Assembly (NCBI GenBank): GCA_963702205.1
Contig: OY969724.1
Location: 1,568,001-1,632,000 of the forward strand
DNA: 64,000 nt
Source: an uncultured candidate division Zixibacteria bacterium
GTDB lineage: Bacteria; Zixibacteria; MSB-5A5; GN15; PGXB01
Reading direction: 5' to 3'
Made by a program: the position numbers and the translations under genes. Under the pieces are notes generated by a model. The model was not told the DNA's origin. It did not search any database and worked only from the letters and a program-made list of their open reading frames with translations. This document shows, one piece after another, positions 19,823-30,307 of this stretch (within the stretch, counting starts at the first letter, position 1; every line of letters begins with the position of its first letter).

Positions 19823-21459
19823 TCAGGATTTTATTTCTGTCTTTCGCGTTATTATGCCTGTTCTGCCTGAATGGTCGGGCCGATTTGGTGATCAATGAAG
19901 TCATGGCCAATGAACCCGGAGATCAAAATACGCTGCAGTGGGTGGAAATTTACAATAACGGGACAAGTTTATACAATCCTGGTTTCTTTCAATTGGGTCT
20001 GGGCGGACCGACGCTGGCGAGCCTGGGTTTGTACGGGGATATTCAAGGTTATGCATATCTCGTTGTCGTTAAGCAAGCGACGACAGTGGGAGAAAATATA
20101 GGATTTGAAACCATCTGGGGCAATAATAACGGCAGCTGGGTTTATGGTGAACCGGGTGAGGATTATATCATAATTGAATATCCTGATCTGGATTTAAACG
20201 ATAACGGAGGTTCATTCGCGCTATACAGGGGTACGGATCTGGTATCCACTTTTGCCTGGCCGGACGCGGGGTTGGACGGTGTTTCGTGGGAAAGATATTC
20301 GCCCACGTCCCCCCTAGTCGGCAATGCGACCAATGACGAGGGTGGTACGCCGGGCCACAAAAATTCCATAAGCGTACGGCAGTTCGATTTGTCGCTGGAT
20401 AAAGTCAAAATAAGACCCGCCGCGTACGGTTTGACCAGCATGGAAATACAACTGGCCAACCACGGCCTGCAGCCGTACGATGAAGGCACGATCGCTTTAA
20501 GCTACGATCCAAATGGTGATGGGATCGTGCTACCGTCGGATTTGATCGCCTACATTCCTTTCCCCGGTCTGGCCGCCGACGAGACGGTGTTCCTGTTATC
20601 AGCCGTCGAACTGGACGGAGTATATGATATCGTCAATCTGCGCTTGCCCGATGACGACTGGCAGGAGAACAACAGCGTTACCGACGTCGCGCCGGGGAGC
20701 AGCTTTCCTCCGCTCGTGCTGAATGAAGTAATGGCCGATCCGAAAGCACCTCTGGCAACCGAATGGGTGGAGATTAAAAATCGGTCGAACCTGGCCATTG
20801 ATCTTGACGGGTGGTCGCTGGGCAATGCCGATATTCTGTACCCCATAACGAGTTCAGAGTTGATCCTTGATCCGGCCCAAATCATGATCTTGTGCAAAGA
20901 CAGTATCGCCTTTGTCGATTTTTACGGGCAGGGCGGATACCCGATCCGGCAGCCGGACGGCTGGCCGACTTTTCGCAATACCGGTGATCTCGTGCAGATT
21001 CAGGATAATTTCGAATTCACGGCTGACACCTTTCATTATGACGACGGATTCGGGGACAATTATACCTGGGGCAGATACAACGCGTCCGTCACGGACGTAA
21101 TCTGGGGACAAAGCCGGGATGCGGGGGGGACACCCGGGGCGAATAACAGCATCTTTCAGCCGCCGTCATCGACTCAAATCGAGGTTACCGTCGATCCCAA
21201 CCCGTTTTCTTTTTCGCGAAATGGTATCATGCATATCGATATCTCCGTGCCGGAAGGGGAAGCGATGACGGTCAAAGTGTATGATCGCGACGGGCGTGAA
21301 ATGCGGACGCTGATCGACAGCGAAGAGCCATACGATGAAGCCCTCGAATGGGACGGCACTACCGACGGTGGTCGGTCGCTGCCGCCGGGCATATATATAT
21401 TGTATGTCGAAGTCTCCGGCAGCGGAACCTATAAGCAGACTATTGTACTATCGCCATGA
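19816..21459 (+). CDS. Secreted protein with two lamin-tail domains and a FlgD-Ig/T9SS-like C-terminal domain
   Basis: LVINEVMA..QWVEIYN and LVLNEVMADP..EWVEIKN, GTPG.xNS twice; C-terminus PNPFS...WDG...LPPGIYILYV. Confidence 0.8.
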   Translation: MVVRILFLSFALLCLFCLNGRADLVINEVMANEPGDQNTLQWVEIYNNGTSLYNPGFFQLGLGGPTLASLGLYGDIQGYAYLVVVKQATTVGENIGFETIWGNNNGSWVYGEPGEDYIIIEYPDLDLNDNGGSFALYRGTDLVSTFAWPDAGLDGVSWERYSPTSPLVGNATNDEGGTPGHKNSISVRQFDLSLDKVKIRPAAYGLTSMEIQLANHGLQPYDEGTIALSYDPNGDGIVLPSDLIAYIPFPGLAADETVFLLSAVELDGVYDIVNLRLPDDDWQENNSVTDVAPGSSFPPLVLNEVMADPKAPLATEWVEIKNRSNLAIDLDGWSLGNADILYPITSSELILDPAQIMILCKDSIAFVDFYGQGGYPIRQPDGWPTFRNTGDLVQIQDNFEFTADTFHYDDGFGDNYTWGRYNASVTDVIWGQSRDAGGTPGANNSIFQPPSSTQIEVTVDPNPFSFSRNGIMHIDISVPEGEAMTVKVYDRDGREMRTLIDSEEPYDEALEWDGTTDGGRSLPPGIYILYVEVSGSGTYKQTIVLSP

Positions 21460-22259
21460 GATATATTATTTTTCTCATATTGGTTTTGATGGCGACGGCG
21501 GCGTCGGCCCACGACGTCGACGGCGGTCGGCGGATTGGTATGTCGCGGGCGGTGCTTCTGTCGGAACCGTCGGCGGTCGATTTCGTATTTTGTCCGACGG
21601 CCAATTTGTCGCCGGGTCGAATTACGATCGAGTCGGGCTATTTGCGCCGCTATGATCTGTCCGAGCTGGATCAATACTATGTGACCGCGGCAGCGGGGTA
21701 CCATCATTTTATGTTCAGCATCGGGGCGTCGCAGTTCGGCAAGACCGATTATTATTCCGAAAAAATCTTGCGCTCGACGGTATCGTATCGAATCGACTCC
21801 CTGGCGATTGGCGTTATTGTCAGCGGTAAGATGGTGGAATTCGGAAATGTGGAAAACTCATTCAGCTCGGTCGGACTTGGGCTGTCCGCCGGATTTAACT
21901 GGAATAAATATCATATTGCCGCCGTCGCAGACAATATAAACAAGCCTAAGCTGACTTCCGAATCGGAGCCGGACTATCGCAATGTAAACTTGTATGCCGA
22001 AATAGAGGGATCGCGCTTCTATTCGATTGTCGGGAGGTTGAACTGGCAGGACTATGCCAAAGTGCAGGCAACTTTGGGGCAGATATTCCACCTGACCGGA
22101 AATCACGCCCTGATGTGGGGCATCAGTTCCAATCCTCTGACATACAGCGGTGGCCTTGAATTGAACTTTAATCGTTATTATATTGGTTACGCCATAGCGA
22201 ACCATCCGACGCTGGGCCTGAGCCACAGCATTGTAATTGGGGTCAAAAACCTGAAATGA
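21456..22259 (+). CDS. PorV/PorQ/PorP-like small beta-barrel protein
   Basis: GGRRIGMSRA N motif, DNINKPKL, C-terminal YAIANHPTLGLSHSIVIG. Confidence 0.6.
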   Translation: MRYIIFLILVLMATAASAHDVDGGRRIGMSRAVLLSEPSAVDFVFCPTANLSPGRITIESGYLRRYDLSELDQYYVTAAAGYHHFMFSIGASQFGKTDYYSEKILRSTVSYRIDSLAIGVIVSGKMVEFGNVENSFSSVGLGLSAGFNWNKYHIAAVADNINKPKLTSESEPDYRNVNLYAEIEGSRFYSIVGRLNWQDYAKVQATLGQIFHLTGNHALMWGISSNPLTYSGGLELNFNRYYIGYAIANHPTLGLSHSIVIGVKNLK

Positions 22260-23411
22260 GCGAAGACAATCAAAACCTCCTGCCGCGCGAACGAGTCGAG
22301 CAGTACCGAAGAAAAAATCCTGGCACCGTACGCGGCGAAATCGTCGAGCTCGCGCGGACGCAAATTCCCTCAAAAGGAGCACCCGGTCCGGACCGCTTTC
22401 CAGCGCGACCGGGACAGGATAATTCATTCGGCCGCGTTCCGCCGTCTTGAATACAAGACGCAGGTTTTTGTCAACCACGAGGGCGATCATTACCGCACGC
22501 GTCTAACGCACACGATCGAGGTGGCGCAGATCAGCCGGTCGGTGGCGCGGGCGCTGGGACTCAATGAAGACCTCGCCGAAGCGATTGCGCTGGTTCACGA
22601 TCTGGGCCACACGCCGTTCGGTCATTCCGGAGAGGACGTGCTCAACGAGCTTATGATCGACTTCGGCGGGTTCAGCCACAACCAGCAGACGCTTAAGGTA
22701 GTCGATTATCTCGAACGCCGCTACCCCTATCATCCCGGACTGAATCTCACTTATGAAGTGCGTGAGGGGATAGTCAAGCATGAAACCTCCCACGAACCGA
22801 TCAGTCCCAACGAATTTCCTCCCGACGAACAGGGGACGCTGGAATCATCGCTGGTGGATATCGCCGACGGCATAGCGTACAGCAGTCACGATATCGACGA
22901 CGGTCTTTCATCGGAGATTCTTAACTGGGACGATTTGAGCCGGGTCCGGCTGTGGGCCGATTCGCTGGCGGGATCGGAAGAAAGATATCCGGGGCTCGAT
23001 GCCGAGCTGCGGCGGCACGACGTCGTCCGCAGGGTGGTTAACGCTCTTGCCACCGACCTGGTGGACAATACGTCCGAGAATATTCGGACGTCCAAAGTGA
23101 AGAATCTGACCGACGTGCGCACGCATTCGGTTAAACTGGCTGGATTCTCGCCGGAGATGAAAGAGAAAGCGTGGCAGTTAAAGCAATTTTTGAACGAGAA
23201 ATTGTACCGTCACGAACATATGGTCCACATGGCCAATCAGGCAAGAGAGATCATTACGGCACTGTTCAATTATTATCAGACCGATCCGGACCAACTGCAC
23301 GCCAAATACCGGCTTCGTCTCGGCACCGAACCGACCGAAATAATAATTGCCGATTTTATCGCCGGTATGACCGATCGCTACGCCTACAAAATCTACGACG
23401 CAATCAAGTAG
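22256..23411 (+). pseudogene. dgt: Deoxyguanosinetriphosphate triphosphohydrolase with a +1 frameshift near 22307 (possibly a sequencing error)
   Basis: Removing one C gives RERVEQYEEKILAPYA...RTAFQRDRDRIIHSAAFRRLEYKTQVF...RTRLTHTIEV, then HDLGHTPFGHSGE and DFIAGMTDRYA. Confidence 0.88.
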
Positions 23412-23414
23412 CGT

Positions 23415-26400
23415 CTATTTCAAAAGTATCATCTTCCGCGTCAGGACGGCTTTGTCCGTTTTCAAGCGATACAAGTAAATCCCCGACGCCACCGTCTCGC
23501 CTTGATCGTTCATGCTGTCCCATCCGGCGACATACCGCCCCACTGGTTTATCTTCATCGACCAGCGTGCGTACTTTCTGTCCCAGAATATTGAACACGTC
23601 GAGCGTGATGTGGGCTCTTTCCGGAACGACATAGGATATATTGGTCGCCAGATTGAACGGATTGGGATAGTTCTGTCCGAGCACGAATTGATTCGGGACG
23701 GACGGCCCGTTATCATCGTCGCCCACGGCGGTCGGCACGTCGTCCATAATGGTGTTTATCAGGCTTTGCGCGTCATCGGTGTCCATCTGCCACAGGTGAA
23801 ATCCGAACAGGTACGTCGTGAAACCGTCACCGACCGTTTTAACCCCAACCGGTTGATTGTCGAATAACGACCACTGGGGATAAAGCGATCCGTAGTTGTA
23901 CAGCGTCTGGCCCCTGTCGTTGACTTTGTACGTTACAATGCCCGGAGCTGATTTGTACGGCCAAAAAATGGAAACAAATCCGGGAATATCATATTGTTTC
24001 TTAACGGTATCTACATTAACCACGGGAAATGATGGGACTTCCGGAACGGCTTCGATAAAGCCGGATAGTGAGTCTGCGGGCCAGATGGGGTCGGGGTAAG
24101 TTATGTCGAGGTAATATGACGGCCATATGTAGTACAAAGTATCGATAGCGAAATACTTTCCGGTAAATGATGAAGTAACCGGTATGGGAAATGGTCTGTC
24201 TGCCGCGTATGTGAGGCTGCTAAGGTGATGCTGATCGCCGCAATATATTACGGTACCTCCGGATTCCAGATATCGGGACAGCCATCCATAATCGTCTTCG
24301 TATGCCATCAAGGGTTCCGTAAGGCCATTATCTACGATCAGAGCCTTAAACGGCAGGAACTGCCTCCAGTCGAAACATAAGTTCCGGTCGGGATTGCTGC
24401 AGTCGGGAGAATATATGTACTCTTCAGGCTTAATGATTTCATAATCGTAGCCCGATAGCAGACTCTCGTACATATTAAGCAGGGAATCGTTATTGACAAA
24501 CCCGTGTGAATTTGATGCCGCATAAACGAGCGCGACGTCCCGCGTTTTGGCGGGCTTGTTATAGGCATAAGCCGCTTCGCTGAATTCGGACTCCAACCCG
24601 TTGGAATCGACGGCCGAAACATAATAGCGGTATTGTTCGTCAATCGGATCAATGTCGATCTCGGTCGCGGCCGCATCGGTCACCGCCCACGGCCGTTCGG
24701 CGTAGTAATAGTACAGCTTGTCACCGATCCGGAAGCTGTCGGCCAGATTGTAATAGCCTTCCAATTTGCGCTGGTCATATAGGGCGTGATTAATAATCGT
24801 AGCATGGTTCGTCGAGTCTATTCTGTAGACGTTATAATGATCGATGTCGACCCCGTCGGGAGCGGTCCACCTGACGGTAGCCGGTTGACCGGGTGCGGCG
24901 AAGATATACTGCGACTCGATTTGCGGCGCCGGATAGCGGTCGCCGGAGCGAACCACCAGTGTTTGTCCCGGATCACCGATCGCTTTTCCTCCATTGTTTA
25001 TGACGTTTACAAAATAGTACCGATTGGGGTCGAGGTCGGTCAATAAGTGCGTATATGTTCGGTCGACATGAGTTAAGAGATTGTATTCGGTCGGTTCCAG
25101 CCAGGGGGGAAGAGCGTCGGGGTACGGAAACATATCGAACGGAACGGGCGAGGCATAAATATCATAGCCGGTGACGTCCGAAAATACCCACGGGTCCCAT
25201 TCGATTCGGACCGAATCGTCGCCGTGCGATTCCTCGCGCAGGCCGAGCACCGGGAACTGCGGTCGAATCAAAGAATCGGCCAGCAAATCGGCGTTCTGGG
25301 CGCTTTGCGTCAAACCGGCAAAATCGAGATTGGTAAGATACGCCGCTGGATTGTCGTAGTTATTTATATAGTTATAAGGGTCAGTATGGAACTGCTGAGC
25401 CGTAAGTGTCGAGAATAGAACGCGCGCGCTGGAATCCGGCATTAAGTCAATCGGACCGACCGAGAGTAAAAAGCGTGAATCCAAATCTATATGATAGTCA
25501 CCCGGGTTGGTCGGCATGGTATTAAGCCACACGGGATCGCTTTCTTCGATATATGGCGCATAAACCAAATCGTAATCCCATTCTTTATGGCTCAATAAAT
25601 AGTATTTGTTTTCATCGCCGACAGGCGTGCCGGTTCCACCCGTGCCAAAATCACGGAACGGGTCCTGCTCGGTCCCTTTCATGCGAGCTCCAAAGTCGTA
25701 TGTGGGAGTATAGTTGGAAACCCACCAGTTGAAGTTGGTGTCGACGGCGTTGAACGACGTCCCAATCAGTTTGAGCCCGATGACGCGGGTCGCACTGTAG
25801 CCGTCGACATATTCATGACTTACCGGGTCGGGGTCACCGTCGTTGTCGTAGGCGTACCCCAGCGCTTGATCGCGGATAGATCCAACAAAATCATCCTGCG
25901 ACGCTTGTGCTCCAAGTGCGGGGCTGCCGACGTCGGCATCGATAAAAATGCCGATATAGGCTTTTTCAATCGTATTGCCGCTGGTATTGGTTACAACGAG
26001 ATCATAAAGAATTGTCTTGTTGAACTCGTCGGAATTTATATTGTGGCTGCGAAGGGCCAGCCGCAAACCCATAGGATTGTTCGGTTGACCAACCGGCACG
26101 TATTGGTCGGGTATCGAATCATAGAATAAAGAGTGAAAAGAATTGTCGGCGGGATAAAATTCGCGCGTTACCGACGGTTCAGGGCCATTCGGGCCGCCGT
26201 GGGGAAACATCTCGTTCAAATATTCCCAGCCATCTCCGGCGGTTGATACCAATGTATCACCGTTAATGATGCCGCCTACCCAGATAAGGCCGCCGAACAG
26301 ATATTCGATATCTTGTACGGGTGGCGTAATAAAATTTGGGTAATCAGGCTTGTACCCGATAAGCGGTCCATAGACTTGCCTTGGCCAGAAACCGACCCCA

Positions 26401-26615
26401 AGCTGTCCGAAACAGTTAAATGAAGCCAGAATCTCATCGGTGCCGTGAATTCCCGCCCACTGCGGCCAGACTTCGGCAGTATCCACCAAAAGCCTGACGG
26501 CTGTATTGGGTGAATTGTCGAAACCCGGTTCGGGCTGGGTGGAATTATTTCGTGCCAGAGCCGATCCGCCGACCAATAGCACTAATATAAAGAAAAGCGT
26601 TATCGAAATTCGCAT
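23415..26615 (-). CDS. Large secreted protein with FN3-like domains and a T9SS type-A/FlgD-Ig C-terminal sorting domain
   Basis: Signal peptide; C-terminus FVLGQNYPNPFN...FNILGQKVRTLV...ASGIYLYRL...KMILLK. Confidence 0.85.
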   Translation of the reverse strand: MRISITLFFILVLLVGGSALARNNSTQPEPGFDNSPNTAVRLLVDTAEVWPQWAGIHGTDEILASFNCFGQLGVGFWPRQVYGPLIGYKPDYPNFITPPVQDIEYLFGGLIWVGGIINGDTLVSTAGDGWEYLNEMFPHGGPNGPEPSVTREFYPADNSFHSLFYDSIPDQYVPVGQPNNPMGLRLALRSHNINSDEFNKTILYDLVVTNTSGNTIEKAYIGIFIDADVGSPALGAQASQDDFVGSIRDQALGYAYDNDGDPDPVSHEYVDGYSATRVIGLKLIGTSFNAVDTNFNWWVSNYTPTYDFGARMKGTEQDPFRDFGTGGTGTPVGDENKYYLLSHKEWDYDLVYAPYIEESDPVWLNTMPTNPGDYHIDLDSRFLLSVGPIDLMPDSSARVLFSTLTAQQFHTDPYNYINNYDNPAAYLTNLDFAGLTQSAQNADLLADSLIRPQFPVLGLREESHGDDSVRIEWDPWVFSDVTGYDIYASPVPFDMFPYPDALPPWLEPTEYNLLTHVDRTYTHLLTDLDPNRYYFVNVINNGGKAIGDPGQTLVVRSGDRYPAPQIESQYIFAAPGQPATVRWTAPDGVDIDHYNVYRIDSTNHATIINHALYDQRKLEGYYNLADSFRIGDKLYYYYAERPWAVTDAAATEIDIDPIDEQYRYYVSAVDSNGLESEFSEAAYAYNKPAKTRDVALVYAASNSHGFVNNDSLLNMYESLLSGYDYEIIKPEEYIYSPDCSNPDRNLCFDWRQFLPFKALIVDNGLTEPLMAYEDDYGWLSRYLESGGTVIYCGDQHHLSSLTYAADRPFPIPVTSSFTGKYFAIDTLYYIWPSYYLDITYPDPIWPADSLSGFIEAVPEVPSFPVVNVDTVKKQYDIPGFVSIFWPYKSAPGIVTYKVNDRGQTLYNYGSLYPQWSLFDNQPVGVKTVGDGFTTYLFGFHLWQMDTDDAQSLINTIMDDVPTAVGDDDNGPSVPNQFVLGQNYPNPFNLATNISYVVPERAHITLDVFNILGQKVRTLVDEDKPVGRYVAGWDSMNDQGETVASGIYLYRLKTDKAVLTRKMILLK

Positions 26616-26902
26616 AAGTATCCCCCACAGTGAAAATAGACATTAGGTTCTCTTTTAATATAATATTGAAATCTGAAAAAACTAACATTATTTACCCTTT
26701 GATATTGGACGATTAAAGCTGTCCAGTTGATTAATGCCATTTAATATAAAGTCTTCTTCCTTCAATCCGATTTTGTGAACCGTAATTCATTGCATTTTGC
26801 AATGCCGGGATAACGCCCCTTTTCCACGCATTGCCTCACAATGACTTACGAAGAATAAAAATCCGAGCTCAAAATGGCAAAGAGTTTGCCCTGATAGAGG
26901 GC

Positions 26903-27277
26903 ATGAACTGTTATTTTGGTATACATAATAGAGACAATCAGGCCGCCGATGACAAATCGATGCTGGTCTGTTTCTCGATCCCCGAAGCCGGGATCAGCTT
27001 CAAAGCTCCGTTCGCGGGGGAAGAGCTTCATACCGAGTACGCTTCGCTTTTGACGCTTTTGGAATTCATCGAACTCAACCGGAAAATGTTCGAGGGCAAG
27101 GAACTCAATATCTACAGCGACAACCTCGATCTGATCGGTCAGATCAACGATAAAACCTGCAAATACGAATACAGCCAACTGCTCAGCAAGACGCTGGAAT
27201 ACAAAGAGAAATTCACGTTTTCTATCGGCTGGATCCCCAAAGGTCAAAACCCGGCCGTCCGCAACATTTTTGATTGA
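26903..27277 (+). CDS. RNase HI-like fold protein, probably catalytically degenerate
   Basis: TEYASLL, LNIYSDN..IGQIN and WIPKGQNPA resemble RNase H/RVT_3; first catalytic DG absent; GAGG SD before 26903. Confidence 0.55.
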   Translation: MNCYFGIHNRDNQAADDKSMLVCFSIPEAGISFKAPFAGEELHTEYASLLTLLEFIELNRKMFEGKELNIYSDNLDLIGQINDKTCKYEYSQLLSKTLEYKEKFTFSIGWIPKGQNPAVRNIFD

Positions 27278-27308
27278 CGATTCCCCCCCACGGCCCTAAT
27301 TTGGGGCT

Positions 27309-28313
27309 GTGTCACCATCGGAACTTTTAAAAGAGCTTGAAAGCGGCAAATTCCGTCCGGTTTACTATCTGTACGGAAGCGAGGACTACCGCATCAAAGA
27401 GGCCGAGCGTTCGCTGGTCAGGAAATTTCTGCCCCGGCAGTCCATGAATTTCGGATATAAAAATCTTTCGGCATCCCGGATGGATATAAAAGATATTCTG
27501 ACCGAGCTGTCGGTCATGCCGATGCTGGGCGACAAGCAGGCGTTTACCATAAGCGATATTCAATCCCTGGCGCCGGATAAGATCGAAAAACTCATCAAAA
27601 TGCTCGACCCGCCAGACGCCAACCGCATGGTGATCCTGACGTCGCCCGCGGCCAAAACACCCCGTAAGACGACCAAAACGTTCAAGCTACTGACAGATGA
27701 GACGGCAGCGGTTGAATTCAAGAAATACACCCCGGTGCAGTCGGAGAAAAAAATCAGGTTTATTCTAAGCGAAAACGACATCGAAATCGACCCCGAGGCC
27801 ATAAGGCTTTTGATCGAGCTTTCCGGCGGCGATATGGGCGGCCTGATAGGAGAAGTTAATAAAATCATCGATTATATAGGCAAAGGCGGGCGGGTGACGG
27901 TAGAAGACATCTCCGAGGTTTGCTCTGACTATCAATCGTTCGAAAACTATCTGCTGGGAGAGAAAGTCGCGAGCTTCGATCTTGAAATCGCTCTCGGGAC
28001 GCTTCACAATCTTCTGCGCAAAGGCGACCGGGCGTCGACGCTGATATTCCAGCTGGGAGAGTTTTTTCTCGGAGTATATCTGGTCAAAAACGGCAAACCG
28101 GCGCGAATCGGCAAATCCGACCAGAGCTGGAAATACCGCAAATTCACCAACCTCTTTTCGAACGATCAACTCGAAGAAATAATTCAACTTACGGCTCAAA
28201 CTGATCGGGATTTGAGAACCAACATAAAGCCCGAAAGCATGCTTTTGGAAAAGCTCATCGTAAATATATATTCGCTTTGCAAAGAAAAATCGGCCCAGAG
28301 CCACCGGGTTTAG
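27309..28313 (+). CDS. holA: DNA polymerase III subunit delta
   Basis: RPVYYLYGSEDY, PMLGDK, EVNKI, VTVEDI and DRDLRT motifs. Confidence 0.88.
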   Translation: MSPSELLKELESGKFRPVYYLYGSEDYRIKEAERSLVRKFLPRQSMNFGYKNLSASRMDIKDILTELSVMPMLGDKQAFTISDIQSLAPDKIEKLIKMLDPPDANRMVILTSPAAKTPRKTTKTFKLLTDETAAVEFKKYTPVQSEKKIRFILSENDIEIDPEAIRLLIELSGGDMGGLIGEVNKIIDYIGKGGRVTVEDISEVCSDYQSFENYLLGEKVASFDLEIALGTLHNLLRKGDRASTLIFQLGEFFLGVYLVKNGKPARIGKSDQSWKYRKFTNLFSNDQLEEIIQLTAQTDRDLRTNIKPESMLLEKLIVNIYSLCKEKSAQSHRV

Positions 28314-28344
28314 GGAAGAAAAGACCGGTTCGTCTGTAAAAATT

Positions 28345-28899
28345 ATGGATAAAAGTCCGGAAGATCGTCGGTTGATAGAACAAGCCGCCAGCGGCGATCG
28401 CCGGGCGTTCGGTGAATTGGTGACCCGCTACCAGAGGAGGCTGTTTCGATTCGTGTTTATGCTGCTTAAATCCGCCGATACTGCCAATGACGTCGTCCAG
28501 GACGCTTTCGTAAACGCCTGGCAGGCGATGAATACATTCGAGCCGGACCGGCCGTTTTACCCCTGGCTTTCCACTATCGCCCGCAACCTGGCTTTGAATC
28601 GGCTTAAAAAAGACGCCCGCCAAAAACCGGCGTCGGAGCTCGACGAGGATTTCGAAAACGTCCCGGCCGAAGCGCTCGATCCTCTGGATAAAATGATCGA
28701 AAAGGAAAACGACCGGGTTTTCGCGCGAGCAGTGATGAGTCTTCCCGAGCAGTACCGCGAGGTGTTCGTTCTGAGGATGTTCGAAAAAATGCCCTATGAT
28801 CAAATCGCGAAACAGCTTAATATATCACCGGGGACGGTGGATTCCCGCCTGCACCGGGCGCGGGCGAAACTTATGGAGATGCTCAAAGAGCATTTATGA
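28345..28899 (+). CDS. ECF sigma-70 factor
   Basis: DVVQDAF, FYPWLSTIARN and GTVDSRLHRAR motifs. Confidence 0.92.
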   Translation: MDKSPEDRRLIEQAASGDRRAFGELVTRYQRRLFRFVFMLLKSADTANDVVQDAFVNAWQAMNTFEPDRPFYPWLSTIARNLALNRLKKDARQKPASELDEDFENVPAEALDPLDKMIEKENDRVFARAVMSLPEQYREVFVLRMFEKMPYDQIAKQLNISPGTVDSRLHRARAKLMEMLKEHL

Positions 28900-28907
28900 A
28901 TTGATAT

Positions 28908-30242
28908 ATGCTTGACGATGAAAAAAAACGGTTGATCGAGCGCTATTTCGACAGCGAACTCGATGAGACCAACACGGCCGAAGCTATGGAGCTTATCGAG
29001 CAATACGAAGACGCCCGGCTGTATTATGAAGAGCTGAAAGCGATGGCCGAACAGGCGGATAAGCTCATGCTCGACGGCAGTGATGATTTCTTTAAGGCCC
29101 AGAAAGACTCCATTCTGGACCGGATCGGCGAAGTGGACAACAAAAAAATTATATCCGTCAAAGCCGCCGGAAATCGACGGCTGCTCTACGGCACGCTGGC
29201 GGTGGCGGCGTCGTTGATTCTGGTCGGCGTTGTCACGGTTTATGAAATCAAAAATGTGCCGGATCTTAATAGTACACAAAGCAGAATTATGGCGCCCACT
29301 TATCAGACGATACAGAAGGAAAGAACGGATTCGATTTCAGCCGGTATGCAGGAAGCGGTTGGACAGAATACGAAGGGTGAATCATACGCTGCACCGCAAG
29401 AAGCGGTCCCCCCGGCACCGGCCGTATCGGAAAATGAAGCCGTCCAACCCCAAAAACCGGCTGCAATACCGGAAAGAAGATCAAGGGAACAATTAGCCGA
29501 ATCACAACCCGTTCCGGCAAAGAAACTGGAGCCGATCGGCAGCAATCTTTTGCAGCAGCCGACTCATCACGACGAAATTACGCTTGAACAGGGCATGGCC
29601 GCGCTGGATCGCGGGGCAGCTCAGGAAGCGCCTGATCGCGCCGACGCACAGGACCTGGGATATAAAGAAGGCGTGGGGATAAAGCCGGAGGCGCTGACCG
29701 AAAGCCCGTCTATCGAGAAAAGCAAACAAACGTTGACCGGGGAAAGCACCGATAAATCATTGACTCTTGATATACAAGACGCCGAAGAGCATGAACTTAA
29801 GCCGCCGTCAAGCGACAGAATGGCGGGTATGCCCAGCTTTGAGCCGATGGCTGAAAAAGCCGCCGGTGATATACAGTCCTTTGCTCCCTCGCAGCAGGTC
29901 AAGCCGATCTCGATTGATAATGAGTATATTCCGGATTCGCTGGCGTACTGGTCGCACCGTCTCGACAGTCTTGAAAACGTCCTGGCCGGAGTTCGATCTC
30001 CGCACTATACTATGGCCGCCGCCAAAGCCAATCGGGGAGAGACGTCGAGCCAACCGTCAAATATAGATTCCCTTCGATTTAACTATGCCGAGGCGATTTA
30101 TAAAACCGCGCTTCTTGCTCCCGATTCGGTCAGCGTTGCACCGTACCTTGACAAACTCTCGCGCCTTAAAGATTCGGCCAATGATTCGCTGGCGGAGGCC
30201 ATCTCACGCTATATGTCCCAAATCGAATCGATCAAAAAATAG
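28908..30242 (+). CDS. Putative anti-sigma factor (N-terminal anti-sigma-like domain, TM, long extracytoplasmic region)
   Basis: LIERYFDSEL N-terminus, LAVAASLILV TM helix, follows the ECF sigma. Confidence 0.7.
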   Translation: MLDDEKKRLIERYFDSELDETNTAEAMELIEQYEDARLYYEELKAMAEQADKLMLDGSDDFFKAQKDSILDRIGEVDNKKIISVKAAGNRRLLYGTLAVAASLILVGVVTVYEIKNVPDLNSTQSRIMAPTYQTIQKERTDSISAGMQEAVGQNTKGESYAAPQEAVPPAPAVSENEAVQPQKPAAIPERRSREQLAESQPVPAKKLEPIGSNLLQQPTHHDEITLEQGMAALDRGAAQEAPDRADAQDLGYKEGVGIKPEALTESPSIEKSKQTLTGESTDKSLTLDIQDAEEHELKPPSSDRMAGMPSFEPMAEKAAGDIQSFAPSQQVKPISIDNEYIPDSLAYWSHRLDSLENVLAGVRSPHYTMAAAKANRGETSSQPSNIDSLRFNYAEAIYKTALLAPDSVSVAPYLDKLSRLKDSANDSLAEAISRYMSQIESIKK

Positions 30243-30307
30243 AATCTTTTTGTCGACGTTTTCGTAATTTCTGATAAACGCCTTTTGAACCTGAACGAGG
30301 AGGCCGC

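Noticed and set aside
22256..22450. Separate 64-aa gene
   Set aside because: It is the dgt 5' end followed by out-of-frame sequence after the frameshift
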